Below the pieces are notes generated by a model, which saw only the letters and a list, made by a program, of their open reading frames with translations, did no database searches and was not told where the DNA came from. The translations under genes were made by a program, and so were the position numbers. 64,000 nucleotides of DNA from the human T2T-CHM13v2.0 reference genome, Homo sapiens, in assembly GCF_009914755.1 (NCBI RefSeq), contig NC_060931.1; one strand, 5' to 3'. Shown piece after piece: positions 40,722 through 54,802 of this stretch (positions are counted from its first letter, which is position 1; every line of letters starts with the position of its first letter).

Positions 40722-40982
40722 CTTTTTGTTTGAGACAAGGTCTCATGATCACAGCTCACTGCAGCCTGAACTCTTAGGCTCAGGTGATCTTCCCACCTCA
40801 GCCTCCTTAGTAGCTGTGACTACAAGTGCGCGCCACCATGCCCAGCTGATTTTTTAATCGTTTGTAGAAATGGGGTCTGACTGTTTTGCCCAGGCTGGTG
40901 TAGAACTTGTGAACTCAAACAATCCTCTATCCTCAGCCTCCCAAAGTGGTGGGATTACAGGCATGAGCCGCTGTACCCAGCT
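40722..40982 (-). mobile_element. AluJ, antisense
   Basis: Reverse Alu with a deletion in the right arm. Confidence 0.87.
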
Positions 40983-42636
40983 AAGCTGTGTTTTTCAAGG
41001 AATGTATTGATTTCATCTCATTTGCCAGTTGCTTCTTTCTTATATGTCAGCACCATGGTATTTTCTTTAGTCATGCTGGCCTTTTCAGTGTTCACTGTAA
41101 CTATTTGCATAGGACTTTCCTGCTTTCTGTAATGTATTTGGGCATATTTTCTTCTTCCTTCTAAGCCTACATCAGTATTTACTTCTTTCATATATTCTTC
41201 CTAACTTATGTGGCCCCATATTGATCGTCTTACATTGATTGTCCTTGGAACCCTCATAAAATCCCATGTCATGCTGTGATCCATTTTGCTTGTAAGTTGT
41301 GTCATTATTGTCTGTCAATTAATTTACTTTGTCCACGAGGTGAGTATAGCATCTGGACCTTCCATTTATTTCTAATGACCGTGATAGTCTAATGCAATAT
41401 GGCTCAGGCTGTTAATTCAGAATAAATGCTTGTTAATTTACTGATACACTGCCATATCTGTATATTTTTGCAACTCTATACAATTAAAATAGTTTATAAT
41501 TTGTTTTTGGGCAGGGACATTTCTTTACATAGTTCCTGATTTGTTTTATTTTTGAAAATATAAAAACTTTTAAAATTACTGAGTACAAACTTAAAAATCG
41601 TGTATGCTTCTTGAAGCTAAAATAATAGGTGACAAATAGTGGTTTTTGATTAACTGATAATCTTTATTTTTGTGATAGTTGTTTACTGCACTGAGAGTTA
41701 GGAGATCTCAACTAGTTTAAGCTTGTCACTTGCCAGCTTTGTAATTTTAAGCAAGTCACTTAATCTCTTTCAATCTCACTTTTCTTATTTTAGGAGAATA
41801 CCTTAGGCTGTAACCTCTCTGAAGCCTAGTACACTAGCTCTGATATTCAAAGACTATATATTCCATGTTCCCAAGTCCATGTTACCTGTTTATTTACATT
41901 TGATCACAAGCTCCTGTGTAACATACTCAGTAGCATCTTCTTCCAAGCTATTCTGTGATTATGTAGACTATGATTATTTTTCTTGCTTAAATATCTTAGA
42001 ATGGAAGCCAGTTTTCCAGTTGCATTTTCTCTCATTTACCTAGAGGAGTAGAAAATAAGTCAGTTTAAAACACCCACTTCCTTTGATAAATAGCAGATAT
42101 TTCCTTTTTAAAAAACAACTCTAGTGGTATCTAATTTTCGTCCCATTAAATTTTACCCATTATAAGTATAGAGCTTAATGATTTTTAGTACATTTGTCAT
42201 TGTTCAACGATCATTACAGTCCAGTTTTTAGAGTATTTCCATCACCTCAAAAATTACTATGCCTGTTTATAGTCATTCATAGCCCCCATTTCCAGCGTCA
42301 GGCAACCACTGCAAATGTTCTTTTGTCACTGGTTTCTCATAGCCCTGAGACATGTTTCTGATTATGTATAAATTAGATTTTGTTTCCACAACTAATTTAA
42401 TGCAATAAGAGAACTTCTAATTAAAGAAGTGTTAAAGTGACTCTCATATGAAAAAATTACACCATTTTATTCATTCTTCAACTCAGTACTTTTAATTTTG
42501 GATATTAAAAAAGTAAGCCTGCTAAATTTATATTAAGAGCCTAGATTCTATTACATTTCAAAGTGTCTATTATTTTGAGAGGCAGTACTGTAAAATGAAT
42601 GATTAAGTATGAGGATTTATAACCATTCTGCTGAGT

Positions 42637-43049
42637 TGTATTAGTCCATTCTTGCATAGCTGTAAAGAAATACCCAAGACTGGTAATTTACTAAGAAAAG
42701 ATATTTAATTGACTTACGGCTCTGCAGGCTGTAAGGGAAGCATAGCGGTTTCTGCTTCTGGGGAGGCCTCAGGAAACTTCTAATCATGGCAGAAAGCAAA
42801 GGGGGTAAAGGCATCTTATGTGGCAGGGGCCAGGGGCAAAGAGAGAGATGTGAGAGATGCTGTATACTTTTAAACAGCCAGATCTTCTAAGAACTCACCA
42901 TCATGAGAACAGCACCAAGAGGATGGTATAAACCATTCATGAGAAATCTACCCCCGTGATCCAGTCACCTCCCATCAGGTCCCATTTCCAACATTGGGGA
43001 CTATAATTCAACATGAGATTTGAGTGGGACACGTATCCAAACTATATCA
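42637..43049 (-). mobile_element. MSTA-like MaLR solo LTR inserted in a MIR
   Basis: tgtattagtccattcttgc...atccaaactatatca. Confidence 0.88.
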
Positions 43050-44779
43050 AGGTTTTAAACCTTCTTTTGTTATTTGTGAACTCTGCTTTTATCTTGCCTG
43101 TGTTTTACCTTCATTATCTATAAAATAGCAATAAACAATAGTACCTACTCCATAGATTGTCTGGATGATTAAGTAATACCGTACAAGTAAAGGGCTTGGC
43201 ACAGTGGACAAAAAATGGTAAAGGCTATATATATGCAAATAACAGCAACTCTGATATAACATATATAGTGCTTATTGTGTTTGTCAGTCTGTTTACATTG
43301 CTATAAATACCTGAGGCTAGCTAATTTATAAAGAAAGTAAGTTTATTTGGCTCATAGTTCTGCAGGCTGTTCAAGCAGCATGGCACTGACATCTGCTTCT
43401 GGTGAGGTCTCAGGAAACTTACAATCATGGTGGAAGGCAAAGGGTGAGCCAGTATATCACATAGAGTGAACAACAGAGAAAAGAGGAGGTGTCAGGCTCC
43501 TTTAAACAACCATCTTTCATGTGAACTAACAGCAAGAATTTGCTTATTCCCATGGGTTTAGTGCCAAGCATTCATGAGGGATCTGCCCCTGTGGTCCAAA
43601 CACCTCCCACCAGGCCCACCTCCAATATTGGAGATCACATTTCAGCATGTTATTTGAATGGGAGAAACATCCAAACTATATACTTTCACTCCTTGCCCCC
43701 CCTCCCCAGTTTTATCTTCTCCACATTGCAAAATACAATTGTCCTTTATTAACAGTCCTCCAAAGTCTTTACTCACTCCATCGTTGATTCAAAAGTCCAA
43801 AATCCAGTGTCTTACTGGGGACTCAAGGCAAGTTCCTTCCATCTATGAGCCTGTAAAATCAAAAACAAGTTATTTACTTCCAAGATACAATGGTGGTACA
43901 GACATTGGGTAAACATTCCCATGTCAAAAATGAGAAATTAACCAAAAGAAACAGGCAGTAGGCCCCCACATATTTCTAAAACCCAGCCAGGCATACATTA
44001 AACCTTAAAAGCTTCAAAACAATGTCCTTCGATGCCATATCCTGCATCCTGGGCACACTAGTACAATGGGTGGGCTCCAAATGCTTTGGGCAGCTCTGCT
44101 GCTGTGGCTTTCCAGGATTCAGCCCCCTTGGCTGCTCTCATGGGTTGGAGTTAAATGCCTGTGGCTTTTCCAGGCTCAGGGTGCAAGCTGCTGGTGGCTC
44201 TACCATTCTAAGGTCTGGAAGGCAACAGCGCCCTTCCCACAGCTCCACCAGGTAGTTCCCTGGTAGGGATTCTGTGTGAGGGTTCCAACTCCACATTTCC
44301 CTTCCGCACTGCACTAGTAGAGGCTTTCTGTGAAGGCTCTGTCTCTGTGACAGGCTTTTCTGCCTGGACACCTGGGTTCCTCTGAAACCTAGGTGGAGGC
44401 TGCCAAGATTTTTTCACTCTCGCATTCTGTGCACCTGGAGGCTTAACAGCATGTGGAAAACACCAAGGCCAGATTGGTGGCCCGAGCTAGCTGTACCTGG
44501 TGATGTGAGCTGTACCTGGGGCTCTGTGCATCAGCTGGAGCTGGAGCAGCCAGGATTCTGGGAGCAGTGTCCTGAGGCTGAGCAAGGAAGCAGAGCCCCA
44601 GGCATGGCCTCTGAAAATGTTATTTTCTCTTAGACCTCTGGGCCTGTGATGGGCTGCACTGCCTGGAAGATCTCCAAAATGCGTTCAATGCCTTTCCCCC
44701 ATGTCTTGGCTATTATCATTTGTCTCTTTTTTAGTCATGCTAATCACTTTAGCAAATGGTTGCTCCACAACCACCTTGA

Positions 44780-45114
<335 letters not shown>

Positions 45115-45542
45115 CCGTTAGTTCCAACTTTAAGTCATTTCCTTGCTCCTGTATCGATTCATAGGCTGTTATAAGCAGCCAGGCCACATCTTAACTGCTT
45201 CACTGCTTAGAAATTTCTTCTACCAGAAACCTGTGTTATCACTCTTAAGTTCAAACTTCCATAGATCCCAAGAACATGCACAAAATATAGCCAAGTTCTT
45301 TGCTAGGGCATAATATGGGTGACCTTTACTCCAGTTCCCAATAAGTTCTTCATTTCCATCTGAGGCCTCATCAGTCTGGCCTTTGGTGTCAATTGCTATC
45401 AGCATTCGGCCACAACCACTTAACAATACTCTAAGAAGTTCCAAATTGTCCCTTGTCTTCCTGTCTTCTTCTCAGCCCTCTAAACTCTTCCAACCTCTGC
45501 CCATTACCCAGTTCCCAAGCTGCTTCCATATTTTCAGATATC

Positions 45543-45843
<301 letters not shown>

Positions 45844-46453
45844 TTTCAGACATCTTTATAGCAACACTACACTTCTTGGTACCAATTTTCTCTGTTAGTT
45901 GATGTTGCCATAAAGAAGTACCAAAGGCTTGCTAATTTATAAAGAAAAGAGGTTTATTTGGCCCACGGATCTGCCGGCTGTACAAGCAGCATGGCACTAG
46001 CATCTGCTTCTGGCAAGGCCTCAGTAAACTTACAATCATGGCAGAAGGCAAAGGGGGAGCTGGCATATCACATAGAGCAAGCAAGAGAAAGAGGAGGAAG
46101 CATCAGATTCTTAACTAGCTTTTGTGTGAATTAACAAGAACTCACTCATTCCCATGGGAAGGAAAGAGGTTTTTTTTTTTTTTTTTTTTTTTTTATTATT
46201 ATGCCATTCATGAGGGTTCTGTTCCCATGACCCAAACACCTCCCACCAGGCGCACCTCCAACACTGGAAGTCACATTTCAACCTGAGATTTGGAGGAGAC
46301 ATATATCCAAACTATATCAATATGTATCAGGTATCTTATATACATGTATTAAGTCATTTAGATACCCTATGAAATAAGTATTAATATCTCCTTTGAATTG
46401 ATGAGGAAACTGAAGAATAGAGCTTAAGTAACTGCTTAAAAGTTGCATAGCTA

Positions 46454-46765
<312 letters not shown>

Positions 46766-47157
46766 TCAGAGTTAGGCAGTCTGGCTACAGAGTCCATGGT
46801 TTTAACCTCTATAGTCTCAGCATAATTTACATTTGAACAGTGTGGTTGGTAAAACTTTCTTTGATAAATGTAATTTGTTAAAGGCTAAATGGTGGCATCC
46901 CTTCCGTGATCATACCTGCTGTTTTATTTTCTTTATTTTATGGTTTTCAATGATATATTTGTTGTTCTTTGAGGCTTCAGTGCTATAACCTCTATTCTTA
47001 TAAGTATGCTGTTTAGTTGTATTTAATATTATTTTTTTAAAATGTACTGTCTGCTTTTTAACTTTAGATGTCATTGGATTTTTTATATTTTATTTTGAAT
47101 GAAGACCATCGCACAGATTGGGAACTGAATCTTCTTTAGAGATGCTTATCTTGGATA

Positions 47158-47471
47158 TTTTTTTCTTTTTCTTTTTTTTTTTTTTTTTTGAGGCAGAGTC
47201 TCACTGTGTAGCCCAGGCTGGAGTGCAGTGGCGTGATCTCAGCTCACTGCAACCTCTACCTCCGGGGTTCAAGCAATTCTCCTGCCTCAGCCTCCTGAGT
47301 AGCTGAGATTACAGGTGCACACCACCACACCCGACTAATTTTTGTATTTTTGGTAGAGATGGGGTTTTGCAATGTTGTCCAGGCTCATCTCTAACTCCTG
47401 TTCTCAAGCAATCCGCCTGCCTTGGCCTCCCAAAGTGCTGGGATTACAGGCATGAGTCACTGTGCCTAGCT
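47158..47471 (-). mobile_element. AluS, antisense
   Basis: Poly-T + reverse Alu. Confidence 0.92.
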
Positions 47472-47923
47472 TTCAAATATGGTTTTTTTTTTTTTTGGCA
47501 AAATTACACCTTTTTCAGATAATTCTAAGATATGTTAGTATCTCAATGGTATATTAATATAATACTAATATATATGTTGTACTTATGTTGTATGTGCACA
47601 TATTAAAATGCCATGTGTCATGTTTAATTCATATATACTACATTTAATACTATCTATATTTATGAAAGTTGCTTCTTAGGAAATTCATAGTATGTTACCA
47701 TCTACACTTTTACTCTTTTGGTCGTTAGTAATGTTCATTATGGTCATCTATTTACTAAATGCTTTTGTAGTCCCTTTGTCTTGTCTTAAAGATCAACACA
47801 TATTATTGCTCTAATTATAAATTGAAGAAACCTCTGAATATATAGGCATAATTATGTAAAAATGTTAGAAACGTAAGCATTTGAATTAACCAGTAGTGCA
47901 AAGAAAAAAAAAAAGCCAGATTC

Positions 47924-48225
47924 AGCCGGGCGCAGTGGGGCTCATGCCTGAATCTCAGCACTTTGGGAGGCTGAGGTGGGCAGATCACAAGGTCAAGAGA
48001 TGAAGACCATCCTGGCCAACGTGGTAAAACCCCGTCTCTACTACAAATACAAAAATTAGCCGGGTGTGGTGGCACGCGCCTGTAGTCCCAGCTACTCAGG
48101 AGGCTGAGGCAGGAGAATCACTTGAACCCAGGAGGCAAAGGTTGTAGTGAGCCCAGATCGCGCCACTGCACTCCGGCCTGGCAACAGAGCGAGACTCTGT
48201 CTTAAAAAAAAAAAAAAAAAAAAAA
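47924..48225 (+). mobile_element. AluSc
   Basis: gtcaagagat...ccatcctggccaac; TSD aaag(c/a)cagattca. Confidence 0.92.
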
Positions 48226-51200
48226 GACAGATTCAAGCACACTGTATTTGCATTTTGTGAGTATGATTTGGAGAACAGATATACCTCGTACATAGTCTCT
48301 TGTTTGCCTGTGAGCTTAGAGGTTGTTTTTATTATCATTATTACTATTACTATATTTTGAGAGGCAGGTTCAGTTAAATGAGTGGAGCAATACAAGGTAA
48401 TAGACAAAGAATTGCAGTCACTTGAAATTTAGTAAGCTTAGCAAGTAAGAACATTATCTATCTCAGAATCTTCATAAAATAAATGTCAGTTTGTTCCTCA
48501 GTTGAGAAGTTTTGCACCATTAAGTTGCTTCTCTCTTCAGCGTGCATGAAACTGAGGCTTAAATTTCAAGAAGATATAACCTCAGAATTACATAACCTTA
48601 GACTGATCTTTTTCAAGTATTAAAATGCCTGAGTATATGTGGCATGTGGGTATTTTAGTTCACACTGTGGTATTTGAATAGAAATGCTTTCACATTTTTG
48701 TTTTCTGACGAAAGAGAAGAGAAGCTATCTAACCTCATTTTTTCCCCTTATTTATCCTTATTCACTTATTCTCTAGGTGGCATGTGTGTCATTAGCTTAA
48801 CCCTTATTTTTCCCTTAATATTGTTGACATACATGGAGAGGTTTGTTAACTAGGAAAACCAGGATGATTATCCTGCCTCTTTTCTGGGCAGTGATAGTGC
48901 ATTTAATATTTATCTTAGTGAATAACAGAATATGAACCTCACTTGAAAATTCGGTCAATAACTAACTAGGAAAAATGGTGGGGAGAGGGCATAGAGCTAA
49001 AATTAAGAGGTTGAAATTTTGGTTAAGTCTCTGCCAGGGAGAGGCTGTATAACCATGAGAAATGCAAATAACCTCTCTGCGAGCCAGTTTTCTCATTCAT
49101 AGAATGAGCAATGCATTAGATTGATTTAAAAATCCCTTTTAATTTTCAAATTTCATGATTTTGTAATGCTTCAGAAGTTAAGAAGAGAAAGAAATTCAGA
49201 AATGCAAAGTATTATTCAGGTGTAAGGAATCTGAGTCATTTATAGAATAAGCCTCTCACCCAACAGTGCTATTTTTATTTGTATTATTGACCCATCGTAT
49301 TTTTAAAGTTTTGTTCTTATTTATATATTTTTTAGACTATAGCTTTGAAAAACATGGGAATTAATTATAACGCAGTCACTTTTCATTTATTACTAATTGA
49401 GATAAGTTTGTAAGAAACATTTTGTAGTAGAAAATGTTTTAATCTGAAAAATTTGTCTTTTCCTTTCTGTAAAACAAAGTAAATTGAGCTTTTAAATGGA
49501 CTAAAATATGTAGATTAATATGAATTATATTATCTACATAAGTATTTTTAGCATTTCTCATATTTATTATCTATGTAGCTACTAATGTATGATATATGGT
49601 TGCTTTTTATTTTAATTCTTAAGTGCCTAAATTCCTTCTGTGAAAGTTTCAAGGAGCAATTACATTTATCCTAAACTAAGATGAATTAAGGTTATCAGTT
49701 TTTGAATGAGCTCTAACTATTACAATGAACTTAAAAGGATTTAATCTAAACATACCTATATATATAGTATGTGCCCTTTCAAAAGGAGCTTCTTCTAATT
49801 CTGCTCTATGTCTCTAGACTGACCTCATGTATTATTAATAAAATATCCAGAATTAGGTTGTCTTTGTGAGATGGCTCGGTAGCTGGCTTTTGCCATGGCA
49901 TATAAGCTGAGCGGTTATTCTAAATCACATCATTACTTTCAGCCAGATAACTGCTAAAATCACCACATTGTGGTTTCCTGAAAATGCCATAATCTTTCAA
50001 ATGCCACATTAAACCTAGAGGAAAAAGCCATTCGTAGTACCTGCACAGTTATGTAGAAGAATGAACCATGAACCAAGTGAAAAGATGTTCTGGAATAATA
50101 GTAACATTTCCCTTGATGTATGTATTTCCTATTACTTTTTTTGACATAAAATTTTGCAAAATGATTTAATGTTGGCATTTTGTTTTGCTGACTTTCTTTT
50201 TCTTCATTAAAAAGAAACCAAAGTTAGGATAGAAGTGTAGGGGAAGAGTGACCAAGCACTAAATTCTATAATATGACTCTCTGTTTTCAAAATAAATTAA
50301 TTAAATATGTTAGGAACATGGCTTTTCTCCTTTTACATTGTATGCTAACTGTGATATACAAAATCATTTAGCTGTATTATCAAAAATGATTTTGTTTGTT
50401 CTTTACAGTTAATTTTTTTTTCTTCATTGTCGTCATCCTGTTTTTTCTTCTTAGTAACCTTTGATCATAAATGACATGTCAATAATCAGGAAAGCTTTAT
50501 GACATAGAAATTACCAATTGCATGTAACTCAAAAAGTGCCATACTTTTGATTGTCACTTTTGTTGCATATTGCTAGAGCTGATTATACAAGGAAACAAAA
50601 TATGAATAGACTCAGTGGTCTAAAAGATGGATTCTTGTCAACTTTAAGAGGATACATTTTTACTACGAATGAATGTCATAAAGTTATTCCACGTAAAATG
50701 AGTTCAAAGTTTATTTGCACCTGTGAGAACATACCAAGTGTAGTTGGATAGAGGAAGTAACTTGCCAAAATAGACTTTGTAAGAATTTTGTAGCATTAGA
50801 TTTTCAGTTTTAGCTTTGATGTGGAGTACCTAGGTGTAGGCCCTGTCACATCGTTATTTAAAAAACAATAAAATTTAAAAAAAACTTGATAACTTATATT
50901 ACACGTGCATACTTGTTAACATCTCACTTTAAAAAATGTATTGGGTAGTGATTGACTAAACACTACTTGGTGTTTTTTTCCCCCCTCAGAATTATAGAAT
51001 TTTTCATAAAAGTTGCAATTTCAATTAAGGGAATGGAAATTGGGTTGAAGTTTCTCAGTCAGTATGGCATCAGTAGTTCCTTTTCACTCAACTAAATAAC
51101 TTTTTCAGTAGATTTTATTGCTCTTTATGGAACTCTGCAGGTATAGATTAGATTCAGTTTTTAAATAAACATTAACTCTGCTGGTTTTTCTCCCTGATGT

Positions 51201-51574
51201 CTCAAAATAGAAGGGTTTACATTTAGTCAGCAATTCTTTGTCTTCATTTTATCTTATTTAATTTTTTGCAAACAACTCTTTTCTAGATCAAAAGTACTAT
51301 TCAGGACATTCTGCAGTGCGGATATATATCCTAATGGTTTCAACCAAAAATGACTGAAGGACTTTGTTAGTGATGTGATTAAAGCATGCCCTAATGAGCA
51401 AATGCATTAGAGGGCCATCAAGCACAAAGTCTTGAATTTTGAATATAGCAGAAACAGCTAGTTAATATTACTAATCCATGTGTTAATTGCGCTACAACAG
51501 TAATGAAGATAATGTCTAAGACACTGTTGTCATTCCTAGAGTGTTGCTGGTGATTTGGCCTAAGGTGATAGACT

Positions 51575-51724
51575 AAAATCAAAGACTTCACCATTATACA
51601 ATTCATTTATGTAACCAAAAGCCATTTATACCACAAAAGCTATTGAAATTAAATATATATGTATATATGTGTGTGTGTATTTATATGTATATATATGTGA
51701 GTGTGTGTATATAAATATATGTAT
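51575..51724 (+). mobile_element. Very short L1 3' end followed by a (TA/TG)n microsatellite
   Basis: acttcaccattatacaattcatttatgtaaccaaaa...gctattgaaatta, then tatatatgtgtg repeats. Confidence 0.7.
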
Positions 51725-52185
51725 GAAACTATAAAAGAAGTACTTGCAAGAAATGTGTCATTCTAGTTTGGAAAACGAGATAAGCACAGAGAAAGTTAAA
51801 ATCCCTTTTACCCTGGTAGTAGAAAATCAAAGTAGTAAAACTTTTCTGGGGAATAATTTAGCAATGTGAATCAAAGGCATTAAGCATGACAATACTATTT
51901 GTAAAGTAACAGCACTTGGAGGACTCTTTCCAGAGGAATATTCTGAAATTAGCTCAATTTTTATATAAGAATATTCTTTATGGTGCTCATTATAATAGTG
52001 AAAAATATTTGGAACCAACACAAATGCCTGGTATTACAAGAGTGGTTAAATAAATTAATAATATACCGTAAATTTTCATCCTCTTATTTGACCCCTTATT
52101 CAGCCATTTTTTAAAAAGAGTATTTCCTGTGTGGGAAAACATTTAAGTTTAAGTTAGAATCGTCCCATATTTGTTTAAGATTTAT

Positions 52186-52485
<300 letters not shown>

Positions 52486-52669
52486 TTAATTTTTTATAAA
52501 TATTTTTATTTCATTTTAAAGCTTTTCTCTATCTTCATAGGTTTTTGATAGTGAAAGTATCTTACTTTTATACCAGAAAACTGGTTTTTAAAAGCTAATA
52601 GTGTACGTAGAATTCTAACAGAAGACTCTGGATATTAGATATCTCTTGACTGCCTTAGAAAATCAATTT

Positions 52670-52972
52670 GAGTGCAGTGGCTCACGCTTGTAATCCCAGC
52701 ACTTTGGGAGGCCGAGGTGGGAGGATTGCTTGAGCTCAAGAGTTAAAGAGTAGCCTAGGCAATGTATCGAGACCTTGTCTCTAATAAAATTTTTAAAAAA
52801 TCAGCTGGGCATAGTGACACGTGCCTATAGTCCCAGCTACTTAGGAGGCTGAGGTGGGAGGATTGATTGAGCTTGGGACATATTGAGGCTGCAGTGAGCC
52901 ATGATCACGTCACTGTACTCCAGCCTGGGCAACAGAGCAAGACCCTGTCTCAAAAAACAAAGCAAACAAAAA
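52670..52972 (+). mobile_element. AluJ
   Basis: J-type motifs; TSD atcaattt. Confidence 0.9.
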
Positions 52973-53416
52973 CATCAATTTAATAAAACCATTATGGAAA
53001 GGCATGAAACAAAGTCAATTCTCTTTTTGTTTGTCTATCCTAAATTAGCATAACAAATTTATAAATTTTCTTCCCTCACATTTTCAATGTCTATTTTGCA
53101 TTATTTGCAGATAAGCTTAATTTTCCCTTGTTATTCAATCATTTATGCTTTCTGATTTATAAATTCAGCATTCAGTGCCTTTCTGATTTAATGACAATGA
53201 ATTGTTGACTTGTACTTCCCAGTCTTCCTTATATCACAATTACTAGAAGATAAAGAGTTGGGGATAACTAAACATACTCAGTTTATCCTGACCAAATAGA
53301 TATTTCTCCATTTCCTTCTTTATCACACATAGTACTTCCACTCAGCTATGTCAGGAGCCTCTCTTTAGTCTCAGCCTTCACACTCAGTAGAATTTTGGTT
53401 TCATTTTTTTCTTCTG

Positions 53417-53909
53417 TGTGGGATATGACAAGATTTCTCTTCAAATAGCCTATTAATCCTTTATTCTTTAATCCACAGTACCCCTCCCCTTCCCTTTTCT
53501 TCTCTTTTTCTTTCTTTCTGCCTTTACTACATGCCCAGGCATGCCACAGCACCAATGGCTTATCAGTACCAGCTCACATTCCTTTCCTTATTTGGGAAGA
53601 AAACTAGCTCTCTAGCTTATCACAGATGACTTCTACCCCCTCTCCCCTCTCTCCCTTATGTGCACACCTTATCTAAGAAAAAGTTCAAATGTTCAGAGAA
53701 TCGGGTCTAGCTTAGATTGTGCAGTCCAACCCCAGCCAATGGGGAAAGGGCACAGGGGCAGGATTTGCGTCAGGGATAAAAACTTTAACTCTCCTTTTGG
53801 TGACTGGCCAAAGAGAAGCACCCCTCTGTGCAGAAGTAAATTTGCTTTGCTGAGAAATCCTTTGTCTGAGTGTTTGTTTTCCTTAAGACTCCAAGCTTTA
53901 TTTCTGACA
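53417..53909 (+). mobile_element. ERV solo LTR (MER66/MER73-like, subfamily uncertain), sense to PHF14
   Basis: TG...CA termini; perfect 5-nt TSD ttctg; CCAAT 53736, GATAAAAA 53775, AGTAAA 53835. Confidence 0.8.
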
Positions 53910-54068
53910 TTCTGGAATTATAGTTTGGAGTCTTATTCCTCACTTATATTGTGCTTTACCTTCTAGGTGTGTGCACACCGTCTCTCTTTCTCCCCGCACT
54001 CCCACCCCGTATCATCGTGACTGGAAAGCCACAGGAAGTTGCCACATAGAAATATTCTGCTTTCCCTA

Positions 54069-54363
54069 TTTTTTTTTTTTTTTTTTTTTGATACAGAGCC
54101 CTTGCTCTGTCGCCCAGGCTGCAGTGCAGTCTCGGCTCACTGGAAACTCCGCCTCCCAGGTTCAAGCAGTTCTCCTGCCTCAGCCTCCCGAGTAGCTGGG
54201 ATTACAGGTGCCCGCCACTACGCCCGGCTAACTTCTTTGTATTTTTAGTAGAGACAGGGTTTCACCATCTTGGCCAGGCTGGTCTCAAACTCCTGACCTC
54301 GTGACCCACCCCCTTGGCCTCCCAAAGTGCTAGGAGTACAGGTGTGAGTCACCACACCTGGCC
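54069..54363 (-). mobile_element. AluSg-like, antisense
   Basis: TSD tgctttcccta. Confidence 0.92.
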
Positions 54364-54672
54364 TGCTTTCCCTAATTTTACCTAATGAGAATTCTTATTT
54401 GGGATAGAATCACTTAGTAAGATAATTGTAAAAATGAGCGGTTGCCAGTAAAACCAGTGGGGCTGTACAAAAATTGGCTAGATTTAAGCTAGGAGAAAAT
54501 AAATAATGGAGGAAAGCATTCCAGAGGAGAAGATGGGATGCCCGTCTGGGGCAATAGGTAGATTCAAGCAAAGTTTATGGAGAACTTTATCTGAAACAGC
54601 ACAATTTGTGGTTGTTTTTATTGGAGTATAACATTACATAAGGATATGAGAAGATACGTTAAAGACACTATT

Positions 54673-54802
54673 TTTACAAGCATTACTATCTGTTTAAAAT
54701 GTAGTAAAAATAATTACAGAACTTAAACTTCAAAGTATTTACAACCATTACTATTTGTTTAAAATAGAGTAAAAATAATTACAGAACTTAAACTTCAAAA
54801 TA
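54673..54802. repeat. 65-nt tandem duplication (2 copies)
   Basis: tttacaa.cattactat.tgtttaaaat..agtaaaaataattacagaacttaaacttcaaa.ta twice. Confidence 0.92.

Larger units (their letters stand above)
37090..41030 (-). mobile_element. Old antisense L1M, fragmented by later insertions
   Basis: Collinear L1-like pieces at about 37090-37520, 39335-39615 and 40090-41030. Confidence 0.6.
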
